From positions 3,173 to 67,172 of the forward strand of contig JAZQIV010000176.1 of assembly GCA_045541305.1 (NCBI GenBank): a DNA stretch of 64,000 bases. Direction: 5' to 3'. The position numbers and the translations under genes were made by a program. The notes under the pieces are model-generated. The model was not told where the DNA came from and ran no database searches. It saw only the letters and a list, made by a program, of their open reading frames with translations. Positions 8,415-17,469 of this stretch are shown here, piece after piece. Position 1 is the first letter of the stretch; each line of letters begins with the position of its first letter. The stretch comes from Acutalibacteraceae bacterium. Lineage in GTDB: Bacteria > Bacillota > Clostridia > Oscillospirales > Acutalibacteraceae.

Positions 8415-10592
8415 ATGGAGTGGCAGGTTGGCTTCAGTCAAACAGAAAACGAATATCCGGAGTTGTTTTACCCGGCAACGGTGCCCGGCGCGGTTCAGTT
8501 GGATATGAAAGCGGCGCTCGGGTATCCGGATTACAACATTGGCACCAACGTGTTGGAGTACCGTTGGATGGAAGACCGATACTGGTGGTACCGCACTGTC
8601 ATTCAGGTGGACGATCGGGAGGATTGCACCCCTGTTTTGGTGTTTCTGGGAATTGAATATGCCTTTGTCATTCGGATCAACGGTGAGAGAAAGTGCGAGC
8701 AGGAAGGCATGTTCACACCGGTTGAACTGGATATGTCCGAGTATGCGGGAAAAACCGCATCAATAGAGGTTATGATTTACCCCTCTCCGCGGCGTGCGGG
8801 TGTGGAGGAGAATACCGCTGCACAGGCGTCAGCGTCGTGCAAACCCCCGTTTTCATACGGATGGGATTGGTGTCCTCGATTGGTTTCGCTCGGTATTTAT
8901 CGAGATGTTGTGTTGGAATACCGTCCGTACAGCCATATTGCAGAGTGGGATGTTGACTATCGGTTAAACGAAACGATAGACCGCGCAGATTTAAAAATAT
9001 CCTATTATTTGGCGCAGGTCAAAAAAGGGGCAAAGCTTTCTTTTGTCTTGACGGATCAGCACGGAGCCGTTGTGCTGAAAAGGGAAGAGACGGTCACAAG
9101 CGCCGCAGGCGAACTTTTATGCACCTTGGATAACCCCCAGCTTTGGTGGCCCAATGGGCATGGAGATCCGACACGGTACCGTGCACAGCTCACGTACGCA
9201 CTCCCGGGTGAGAGCACTTCGTGCGTGGAACGGTGGATTGGTTTTCGATGTGTACAGCTGTCCATGAATGCAAAAGCATGGGATCCCATGCCATTTCCTA
9301 CGACTAGAGCCAATCCACCGATCACCATTCAGATAAACGGAAAACGAATTTTTGCGAAGGGCAGCAATCTGGTACCGCCGGATATTTTCCCCTCGCGTTG
9401 CACACCGGCGGTATGTGAAGAATTGGTGCGTACCGCCAAAGAATTGAATATGAATATTCTGCGCCTGTGGGGCGGTGGATATATTTTGCCGAACGAGTTT
9501 TATGAGTTGTGTGATCGGTACGGGATCATGGTGTGGCAGGAGTTCCCGCTTGCCTGCAATAACTATCCCGATGACGCACAGTATTTGCGTATTCTCGATC
9601 AGGAATCGCGTTCGATTATTCGTCAGCTTCGTCGGCACCCTGCGCTGGTCATGTGGTGCGGTGGTAATGAGTTGTTTTGCTACTGGTCGGGTATGACGGA
9701 TCAGTCGTTGGCATTGCGGTTGTTGGATCACAACTGTTTGGAGTTGGACCCGTTAACACCGTTTATTGCGTCGTCACCGTTGCACGGTATGGTACATGGG
9801 TTTTATTGTCCCATTGATCCGGAAAGCGGCACGGAGGCGATCAGCATGATGTGCAATGCGCATGCTACCGCCTATACCGAGTTTGGGTGCGGTGCACCGT
9901 CACCGTGGGAGTATTTGACCACGTTCATGCCACCGGAGGAATTGCGTGAGCTGACACAAAGCGGTAGTTGGAAATTACACCATGCAGTGGAAGCGTGGGA
10001 TGAAAAGGATACGTGGTTTTCCCCGAAGTTGATTGAGTATTTTGTGGGAAAATCCGAAGATCTTCAAACTGCAGTTGTACAAGGAAATGCCATACAAACG
10101 CTCATATATCGGCATTTGTTCGAAGAAGCACGTATGCAATGGCCGATATGTTCCATGGCGTTGAATTGGTGCTATAACGAACCGTGGCCGACTGCGGCGG
10201 GAAACAGTCTTATGAATTATCCCGCCGTTCGAAAGCCGTGTTGTGAAGCGGTAAAAGCCGCACTTGCTGATCAGGCGGTGGCGGTGCGCATTCCGCGATT
10301 GGCATGGTCGGTCGGTGAACAATTCACCGCTACCGTGTGGCTGTTAAATGACAGCGATCGTACCATCAGCGCCGGACGCATTCAGGTAAAGTTGATGCGC
10401 GAGAATGCCCAAAGCGAACGGCTGCTTTTATGGGAACACGATGAGATAGCGCCGCGTACGAACTGTGAAGGAAAATCGATTTCCTGGGTAATCCCGAACG
10501 ACGCAAAGGGTAAGTTTACACTTTGTGTTGAATCTGTGGAGCATCCGGAATGGAACACAACCTATACGATCTTGATCCGCCCCGAAGCATAA
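8415..10592 (+). CDS. Glycoside hydrolase family 2 (beta-mannosidase / exo-beta-glucosaminidase-like), intracellular
   Basis: GH2-type TIM-barrel motifs: NILRLWGGG, VMWCGGNELF (acid/base NE) and AYTEFGCGAP (nucleophile EFG). No signal peptide. Confidence 0.8.
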   Translation: MEWQVGFSQTENEYPELFYPATVPGAVQLDMKAALGYPDYNIGTNVLEYRWMEDRYWWYRTVIQVDDREDCTPVLVFLGIEYAFVIRINGERKCEQEGMFTPVELDMSEYAGKTASIEVMIYPSPRRAGVEENTAAQASASCKPPFSYGWDWCPRLVSLGIYRDVVLEYRPYSHIAEWDVDYRLNETIDRADLKISYYLAQVKKGAKLSFVLTDQHGAVVLKREETVTSAAGELLCTLDNPQLWWPNGHGDPTRYRAQLTYALPGESTSCVERWIGFRCVQLSMNAKAWDPMPFPTTRANPPITIQINGKRIFAKGSNLVPPDIFPSRCTPAVCEELVRTAKELNMNILRLWGGGYILPNEFYELCDRYGIMVWQEFPLACNNYPDDAQYLRILDQESRSIIRQLRRHPALVMWCGGNELFCYWSGMTDQSLALRLLDHNCLELDPLTPFIASSPLHGMVHGFYCPIDPESGTEAISMMCNAHATAYTEFGCGAPSPWEYLTTFMPPEELRELTQSGSWKLHHAVEAWDEKDTWFSPKLIEYFVGKSEDLQTAVVQGNAIQTLIYRHLFEEARMQWPICSMALNWCYNEPWPTAAGNSLMNYPAVRKPCCEAVKAALADQAVAVRIPRLAWSVGEQFTATVWLLNDSDRTISAGRIQVKLMRENAQSERLLLWEHDEIAPRTNCEGKSISWVIPNDAKGKFTLCVESVEHPEWNTTYTILIRPEA

Positions 10593-10663
10593 AAGAGCGC
10601 TTTTTGTTCTTTGTGTCGCGTTAGGAGGAATGGCTTATCAAAATTTTCAATCATATAGTATCG

Positions 10664-13513
10664 ATGGTTTGCGTTGCGGCGCTGTTAACGACAGCGGTGT
10701 GCACGCTTCCGACCGAACGTGTATCGGCAGAAACGTTCGACACAGAAACAACAGCGGTAACCGAAGGTTCCAACAAACGTGAAGACGGGTATCGGCATTA
10801 TCTGGAGCAATATCAGGGGAAAGCCAAACCGGTCAGTTCCATTATCATTCCCGCTGCCGACACGTATCGTCCGGAAACAGATGATACTGTCGCAGAGATT
10901 GTTGACGGACAACTGGGTGAAGATCATGTGCTGGCTTGGACAAGCGCCACCGGCAAAATTGCGTGGAAGTTTACTGTCCCGCAAGAGGGCTTGTATGCGT
11001 TCCGCATGCAATATCTTATGTTGAATCGCAATGCCCCTCAATTGGAAATGTCCTTATCGATCGATGGAGAGTCGCCGTTCTTGGCGGCTGAAAACCTGAT
11101 TTTTCCGCAGGCATTTGTCGACGAAACTGAGATCGGCACCGATAGCCGCGGTAACGATATCCGGCCCAAACAGATTTCGGTGGCTATGTGGTTGAATGAA
11201 TCGGCTGGGGATCGGGAAGGCACGGAAAACGACGCTTTCTTATTTTACTTATCTGAGGGTCAACACACGGTGTCGTTGGAGTCTTTACAGGCGCAGGTTG
11301 TCATTAAGCAACTGGAGTTTTATAACCAAGCGGCTTTGCCAACGTACCAAGAGTATGCCGCATCGGCAACGATCGAAAACGGTGTTTACGCGGATGTGAT
11401 AGAAGCGGAAAATGCCCTTTACAAATCGGCATCCATGCTATCACCGATCTATGACAGAACCAGTCCGGATACCAGTCCTTCCGATCCGGTTTGCTTGAAA
11501 TACAACACAATCGGCGGCAGCCGATACGCTTCTCAGGGATTGTACATTGTGTGGGAAGTCACGGCACCGAGGGATGGGTATTATCGGTTGGGACTCCGTG
11601 TCCGACAAAACGGCAACCGCGGTTTGAACTCCTATCGCCGTTTGTACATAAACGATGAGGTTCCGTTTAAAGAAGCGCAAGCCATCCCGTTCCCGTTCAG
11701 CGAGGATTGGCAAAACGTGGTGTTGGGCGATGAATCCGGCGAATGGTTATTCCGATTGAAAGAAGGCACCAATACCATTCGTTTGGAAGTTGTACCCGGC
11801 ACTTCGGCCGATCTCTCCGCCGCGTTAAGCGACGTTGTATATGAATTAAACTACCTGTATCGCAAATTGATTGCGGTGACGGGTGTTAACCCCGACCCGT
11901 ATCGCGATTATCAGATCGAGCGCGACGTACCGGGGGCATTGGATGCGATCAAATCGATCCGTGCACAGGTAGCCGATATTTTAGATGCCGCCCAGGCATT
12001 GGGTAATCAAACCACAGGTGCGCTCTCTTCCATCGAACAGATGGTAGTGCTGCTGGATGGTTTGATTGATAAACCCAACACGATTGCCCTGCGTGTTTCG
12101 CGGCTCAAAGATCGTATCAGCGCACTATCCTCGTTGATGCTTACTTTGCAATCCCATCCGTTGGAAGTGGACTATTTGGCAGTAGGGGAGCAGAATGCTT
12201 CTTTGTTCAAAGCGCGCCGCGGATGGTTAGATAAACTGTCCTATTCCGTTCAGGCGTTTTTGGGTACCTTCTGGTTTGACTACAGCACAATCGGTGACAG
12301 TAAACAAGCTGCCGAAACCATTGACGTGTGGGTGCAACAATCCCGCGATCAGGCAAACGTGCTCAAATCGTTGACCGACAGTATGTTCACGCCGGAATAC
12401 AACATTGCGGTCAATGTTAGTTTGGTGCAACAAAGTTTGGTGCAAGCTGCGCTTTCGGGCAGGGGTCCGGATGTGGTGGTGTTTGCAGGACCGAGTGAGC
12501 CGATCAATCTGGCATTCCGCAACGCAATGGAACCGTTGGATCAATATCCCAATTTCAAAGAGATCACCCAACGCTTTTCCAAGTACGCCATGTCACCGTA
12601 TTATTACAACGGCAGTACATATGCGTTGCCCGTGCAGGAAAACTTCTATATCATGTTTTACCGCACCGATATTTTTGAAGAACTCGGTTTGTCCGTTCCC
12701 AAAACATGGACAGAGTTTTACCGCATGGTACAGGTGTTGCAGCGCAGTAACATGACCGCGGGTGTGCCGAATATGCCGGTGGAAACGCAAATGCAGGCGG
12801 ATATCAGCGTGTTTGCTACCTTGCTAGCGCAAAACGGCGGGCGGTTCTATAACGATGAGCTATCGGCCACCTGCTTTACCACCGAAGAAGCGGTGGAAGC
12901 GTTTCAGCAATGGACATCCTTGTATAAAGATTACGGACTGCCGTATCAGTTTGACTTTTATAACCGTTTCCGTTCAGGAGAAATGCCGATTGGTATTTCG
13001 TATTACACGATGTACAACCAATTGAGTGCCGCTGCGCCCGAAATTCGCGGGTTGTGGGATTTTGCGCCGGTACCAGGTACCGTACAAGAGGATGGCACCG
13101 TGAACAACCGGGTGTGTGGCAGCGGAGCTTGCGCTGTTTTGTTCAAGGATAGTGAGAACAAGGATGCCGCTTGGAAGTTCATGGATTGGTTTACCGGTAA
13201 AGATGCCCAGGTGGCGTATGGCCTTGAATTGGAGTCGTTATTGGGTCCGGTTGGACGTTATGCCACCGCTAATTTGGAAGCGTTTGATTCTCTGCCTTGG
13301 AACAACAGTCAGCGCAATACGATCAAGCAGCAATGGGAGAGCGTGTTCCATTTGGAGCAGGTTCCCGGTGGCTATTTTGTGGATCGTAACATTACCAATG
13401 CGTTTCGCAAGGTGGTGTTCAAGCAGGCGAATGCCCGCGAAACATTGATTGAATACAACAAAGTGATCAACACGGAAATTACGCGTAAGCGTAAGGATTT
13501 TGGTTTGGAATGA
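10664..13513 (+). CDS. Large extracellular solute-binding protein with an N-terminal ~420-aa CBM-like extension (locus copy A)
   Basis: The C-terminal ~430 aa is family-1 sugar SBP-like. The N-terminal part has two beta-sandwich CBM6/35-like modules (IEAENALYKS...GYYRLGLRVRQNG) and a helical linker. The true start is probably upstream of 10664 (see finding on 10622-10666). Paralog at 48284. Confidence 0.85.
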   Translation: MVCVAALLTTAVCTLPTERVSAETFDTETTAVTEGSNKREDGYRHYLEQYQGKAKPVSSIIIPAADTYRPETDDTVAEIVDGQLGEDHVLAWTSATGKIAWKFTVPQEGLYAFRMQYLMLNRNAPQLEMSLSIDGESPFLAAENLIFPQAFVDETEIGTDSRGNDIRPKQISVAMWLNESAGDREGTENDAFLFYLSEGQHTVSLESLQAQVVIKQLEFYNQAALPTYQEYAASATIENGVYADVIEAENALYKSASMLSPIYDRTSPDTSPSDPVCLKYNTIGGSRYASQGLYIVWEVTAPRDGYYRLGLRVRQNGNRGLNSYRRLYINDEVPFKEAQAIPFPFSEDWQNVVLGDESGEWLFRLKEGTNTIRLEVVPGTSADLSAALSDVVYELNYLYRKLIAVTGVNPDPYRDYQIERDVPGALDAIKSIRAQVADILDAAQALGNQTTGALSSIEQMVVLLDGLIDKPNTIALRVSRLKDRISALSSLMLTLQSHPLEVDYLAVGEQNASLFKARRGWLDKLSYSVQAFLGTFWFDYSTIGDSKQAAETIDVWVQQSRDQANVLKSLTDSMFTPEYNIAVNVSLVQQSLVQAALSGRGPDVVVFAGPSEPINLAFRNAMEPLDQYPNFKEITQRFSKYAMSPYYYNGSTYALPVQENFYIMFYRTDIFEELGLSVPKTWTEFYRMVQVLQRSNMTAGVPNMPVETQMQADISVFATLLAQNGGRFYNDELSATCFTTEEAVEAFQQWTSLYKDYGLPYQFDFYNRFRSGEMPIGISYYTMYNQLSAAAPEIRGLWDFAPVPGTVQEDGTVNNRVCGSGACAVLFKDSENKDAAWKFMDWFTGKDAQVAYGLELESLLGPVGRYATANLEAFDSLPWNNSQRNTIKQQWESVFHLEQVPGGYFVDRNITNAFRKVVFKQANARETLIEYNKVINTEITRKRKDFGLE

Positions 13514-13526
13514 GGAGGGTTGCCGC

Positions 13527-14456
13527 ATGTCAAAGTTAACTGAAAAGTCGGCACTTGCCTCTCCGCGAGACAGTTTTGCAGGAGTGTGGCGGAAGCATGG
13601 CGAAAAATACTTGCTGCTGTTACCCTACATGATATTTTTCGTGGTTTTCACAATCATTCCGCTGCTGATGTCCGTCGCGTTGAGTTTCACGAACTTCAAT
13701 TTGTTGGAAACCCCGCAGTTTGTGGGCTTTGATAACTATTTGAAGTTGTTTTTGGAGGACGATGTTTTTCTGATCTCCTTAAAAAACACCATTGTTTTCG
13801 CTTTCGTCACCGGTCCTGTCAGTTACTTCTTAGCGTTGTTTTTGGCATGGTTTATTAACGAGATCGGAGCAAAGGGGCGGACGTTCTTCACGTTTCTGTT
13901 TTACAGTCCCAGTATTGCCGCCAATCTGTATGTGATTTGGAGTGCCATTTTCTCCGGCGATATGTATGGCTTTGCCAACAGCATTTTGATGAGCCTTGGT
14001 ATCATCAATGACCCCATCAACTGGTTAAGCGACCCTTCGTATGTGTTGGGTGTCATTATCTTGGTACAACTGTGGATGAGCATGGGCTCCGGCTTCTTGG
14101 CGTTCATCGCCGGTTTGCAAAATGTGGATAAGAGCCTGTATGAGGCCGGTGCTTTGGATGGTGTAAAAAACCGTTGGCAGGAATTGATCTATATTACCCT
14201 TCCGTCCATGGGCCCACAGCTTATGTTCGGTGCCGTTATGCAGATCAGTTCTTCGTTTGCCGCCGGCCGCATCAGTATTTCGCTGGCGGGTAACCCGACT
14301 ACCGACTACGCAGCGAACACGATCATCACCCATATTGTCGACTACGGTACAACACGCTATGAGTTGGGATACGCCTCGGCAATTGCCGTTGTTCTCTTCG
14401 CGGCCATGTTGCTGGCCAACGAGTTTATTTCCCGCTTTTTGAAGAAGTATAATTGA
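13527..14456 (+). CDS. Carbohydrate ABC transporter permease (MalF/UgpA type)
   Basis: Start moved to ATG 13527 (GGAGGG upstream). Six hydrophobic segments. EAA loop LYEAGALDGVKNRWQELIYITLP. Confidence 0.9.
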   Translation: MSKLTEKSALASPRDSFAGVWRKHGEKYLLLLPYMIFFVVFTIIPLLMSVALSFTNFNLLETPQFVGFDNYLKLFLEDDVFLISLKNTIVFAFVTGPVSYFLALFLAWFINEIGAKGRTFFTFLFYSPSIAANLYVIWSAIFSGDMYGFANSILMSLGIINDPINWLSDPSYVLGVIILVQLWMSMGSGFLAFIAGLQNVDKSLYEAGALDGVKNRWQELIYITLPSMGPQLMFGAVMQISSSFAAGRISISLAGNPTTDYAANTIITHIVDYGTTRYELGYASAIAVVLFAAMLLANEFISRFLKKYN

Positions 14457-14469
14457 GGGAGAACACCGT

Positions 14470-15348
14470 ATGACACATGCAAAAGCTCTCAGAGCATCAA
14501 AACCAAAAAAAGCAATCAAGCGAAATCCGATCGGGAACGCTTTCATTTTTACGATTTTGGGTCTTTTGGGATTGTTTACGGCTCTTCCGTTTTTGTACGC
14601 CGTTGTGCAGTCTTTCAAGCCCATGGAGGAGATCTTTATTTATCCTCCGCGCTTTATCGTGCAAAATCCGACGTGGGATAACTATCGCATACTCGGTCAA
14701 TTGGCAACCAACTCGTGGGTGACTTTGTCGCGGTACGTCTTCAACAGCGTGTTCGTTACGCTGGCAGCTACCGGAGCACACGTAGTGTTGGCATCGATGG
14801 CAGCTTTCCCGTTGGCAAAGTTCAAATTCCCGGGATCTCGTTTGATCAGCAGTATCGTGACCATGGCGCTGCTTTTCACGTCAGAGGTCATGATGATTCC
14901 GCAGTTTATCCTGATTTCTTCCATGGGGATCATGGATACATACTGGGCATTGATCGCACCGCCGATTGCCAGCACTCTCGGTCTGTTCTTGATGAAACAG
15001 TTCATGGGTCAGGTGCACGATTCGTTGATCGAGGCAGCCCGCATCGACGGTGCTACCCTGCACCGTGTATTTTGGAGCGTGGTTATGCCGTCCGTTAAGC
15101 CGGCATGGATGACGCTGATCATTTTCAGTTTCCAAGCAGTTTGGAATCGCGAGGGCGTAGAATTTATATTTAGCGAACAACTGAAAATGTTGCCTACCAT
15201 GCTGCGTCAGATCTCGTCTACCGGTATCGCCCGTGTAGGTGCTTCTTCCGCAGCGGCGGTTATCTTGCTGGTTCCGCCGATCGTCGTGTTTGTGTTTGCA
15301 CAATCCAACGTTCTGGAAACGATGTCCAGCGCAGGTATTAAGGAGTGA
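14470..15348 (+). CDS. Carbohydrate ABC transporter permease (MalG/UgpE type)
   Basis: EAA loop LIEAARIDGATLHRVFWSVVMPSVKP. GAGGGAG ribosome-binding site. Confidence 0.9.
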   Translation: MTHAKALRASKPKKAIKRNPIGNAFIFTILGLLGLFTALPFLYAVVQSFKPMEEIFIYPPRFIVQNPTWDNYRILGQLATNSWVTLSRYVFNSVFVTLAATGAHVVLASMAAFPLAKFKFPGSRLISSIVTMALLFTSEVMMIPQFILISSMGIMDTYWALIAPPIASTLGLFLMKQFMGQVHDSLIEAARIDGATLHRVFWSVVMPSVKPAWMTLIIFSFQAVWNREGVEFIFSEQLKMLPTMLRQISSTGIARVGASSAAAVILLVPPIVVFVFAQSNVLETMSSAGIKE

Positions 15349-15353
15349 TGTCC

Positions 15354-17447
15354 ATGAAAATTACAAGATGGATAGCGGCGCTTCTTGTCCTGATTTCCCT
15401 GTTTTCTGTCTCTGTTTCGGCCGCGGAACCGTATCGTGGTTACAACTATGATGCCTGGGGTGATTCCATACCGGCCCCCAACGGCTACACAGTACAGCAG
15501 ATTCTCACGTTTGCCGATACTGCGTTGCTTGGCTTGAAGCAACCGCAGGATCTGGTGCTTGAGGGAGAGTATCTGTACATTTTGGATAGCGGAAACAGCC
15601 GTATTGTTGTGTGTGATACGCAGTTGCAGCCGATCCAAGCGATTACGGTCACGGATTCAGCCGCACAGGCGGTGGATATCAGCGGCGCCAAAGGTTTGTT
15701 CGTGAAGGACGGCCGCCTGGTAATTGCCGATACCGTGAACGCCCGTGTGCTGATCACGGACGCTGACGGCGTCATCGTACGGGTAGTGGGAGGGCCTGCC
15801 GAAGGGACGTTGCCCACCGAGTCGCCTTACGCACCTTGTAAAGTGATTCTGGATGACCTGGAAAACTTGTATGTCATCAGCGAAAACTGCTATCTTGGCG
15901 CGTTGGTGTTCAACGCTGCCGGTGAGTTTGATGGTTTTTTTGGTGCGAACAAGGTAAGTCTTACAGCGGCACAATTGGTTCAGCGCTTGTGGCGAAAGCT
16001 GATGACGGAAAAGCAAGCCAGCTACACCGCGAACTATGTGCCGATCGACTATAAGAATTTTGATATTGACGGTCAGGGCTTTATTTATACCTGCTCCGCC
16101 AATGCCAATTTGGATCAGTTATCGCGCAATGAGATCAAAAAGCTGAATGCACTCGGCGACAATATTCTGTTGACCGACACCACGTCACGGGGTGTTATGA
16201 AGAGTGATTACGGTGACAAAGAACGTGTGACAATCGAAAAAATCTACTATGATACCAGTTTCATCGATGTTGACGTTTGTCGAAATGGATTCATCAATGC
16301 GTTGGATGCCACACGCGGTCGTGTGTTCCAATACAATCAGGACAGCGATCTTTTGACAGTGTTCGGTGGTATTGACGAACAAAAGGGGACTTTTGTAAAA
16401 CCGATTGCGATTGAAAGTGTCGGCGACAGCGTGTTGGTGTTGGACGAAGCAAAGAATTCGATCACTGTTTTCACACCGACACAGTACGGTGCGGTTGTGC
16501 GAAAAGCGGTCATGCAACAGAGCGCCGGTCGGTTTGATGAGTGCTTGGAATCTTGGCGGGAAGTGTTGCGCTATAATTCCAACAGCGAACTGGCGAACTC
16601 CAGCATCGGGCGTGTACTGATGCAGAAAGAACAGTATAAAGAAGCCCTGCACTACTTCAAGCTGGGACAGGATCGAACCGGTTATTCCAGCGCCTTCCGC
16701 TTTTACCGGTCCGAGTTGCTCAAAATCTTTTTCCCTGTGCTGGCGATTGCACTGATCGCGTTGGTAACCTATGCGTTGATGCATACCAAGATCAAGCAAC
16801 GTATTTACGAAAAACGCGGATACGGTCCGCGTGAAAAGAGTTTATATATCAGCCACACGCTGACGCACCCCCTCAATTTCTTTGAGGATCTGTTTTATAA
16901 CAAGAGTAAAAGCGCCCTGGTTGGCTCTTTTGCGGTTGCGGCATTATTGGTGTTGGCAACGGCGTTGGAAAGCCAGGCAACAGGCTTCATTTTTAACCAG
17001 AACAAGCCGTCCGAGTTCAATATTTTCTTGGTTTTGGCCTTCTCGCTCGGTTTGATTTTGTTGCTCACCGTATCGAACTGGATCGTCAGTACTTTGCTGT
17101 GGGGTGAGGGTACCTTTAAGCAGGCGTGGATGGGTACTTGCTATGCGCTGGTTCCGTATATCATCGCACTGTACGTATCGGTCATTTTGAGCAACATTTT
17201 GGTGTTGGAAGAGGGCGCTCTCACCGACATGGTCCTGACAGCGGGTCTGTTATATTCGGTGTTTTTATTATTCACCTCCGTGCGGCTGATGCAGCAATAC
17301 ACTTTCAAACGCGCCGTAGCGGCTACTGTTTTGATTGTGCTGGTTTCGCTGCTATTGTTGTTCCTGTTGGTATTGGTCTATAGTTTGTTAAGACAAATTT
17401 TTGTATTTGCGCTCACGTTGGTTACAGAAATATTGTTTAGGGTTTAA
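15354..17447 (+). CDS. Signal peptide + NHL-repeat beta-propeller + TPR-like region + TM helix + C-terminal 5-TM Yip1-like domain
   Basis: Start moved to ATG 15354 (AAGGAG 8 nt upstream). NHL-like blades: LYILDSGNSRIVVCD, LVIADTVNARVLITD, VLVLDEAKNSITVF. TPR-like segment: QKEQYKEALHYFKLGQD. Six hydrophobic helices lie in the last ~240 aa. Paralog at 53055. Confidence 0.7.
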   Translation: MKITRWIAALLVLISLFSVSVSAAEPYRGYNYDAWGDSIPAPNGYTVQQILTFADTALLGLKQPQDLVLEGEYLYILDSGNSRIVVCDTQLQPIQAITVTDSAAQAVDISGAKGLFVKDGRLVIADTVNARVLITDADGVIVRVVGGPAEGTLPTESPYAPCKVILDDLENLYVISENCYLGALVFNAAGEFDGFFGANKVSLTAAQLVQRLWRKLMTEKQASYTANYVPIDYKNFDIDGQGFIYTCSANANLDQLSRNEIKKLNALGDNILLTDTTSRGVMKSDYGDKERVTIEKIYYDTSFIDVDVCRNGFINALDATRGRVFQYNQDSDLLTVFGGIDEQKGTFVKPIAIESVGDSVLVLDEAKNSITVFTPTQYGAVVRKAVMQQSAGRFDECLESWREVLRYNSNSELANSSIGRVLMQKEQYKEALHYFKLGQDRTGYSSAFRFYRSELLKIFFPVLAIALIALVTYALMHTKIKQRIYEKRGYGPREKSLYISHTLTHPLNFFEDLFYNKSKSALVGSFAVAALLVLATALESQATGFIFNQNKPSEFNIFLVLAFSLGLILLLTVSNWIVSTLLWGEGTFKQAWMGTCYALVPYIIALYVSVILSNILVLEEGALTDMVLTAGLLYSVFLLFTSVRLMQQYTFKRAVAATVLIVLVSLLLLFLLVLVYSLLRQIFVFALTLVTEILFRV

Positions 17448-17469
17448 TGTCGGGATAGGAGGTACACAG

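Noticed and set aside
10590-10625. aaaagagcgcttttt after the GH2 stop, considered as a terminator or LacI-type operator.
   Set aside because: The stem is only ~4-5 bp with mismatches and does not fit the TGNAANCGNTTNCA-type LacI operator consensus. It is not convincing.
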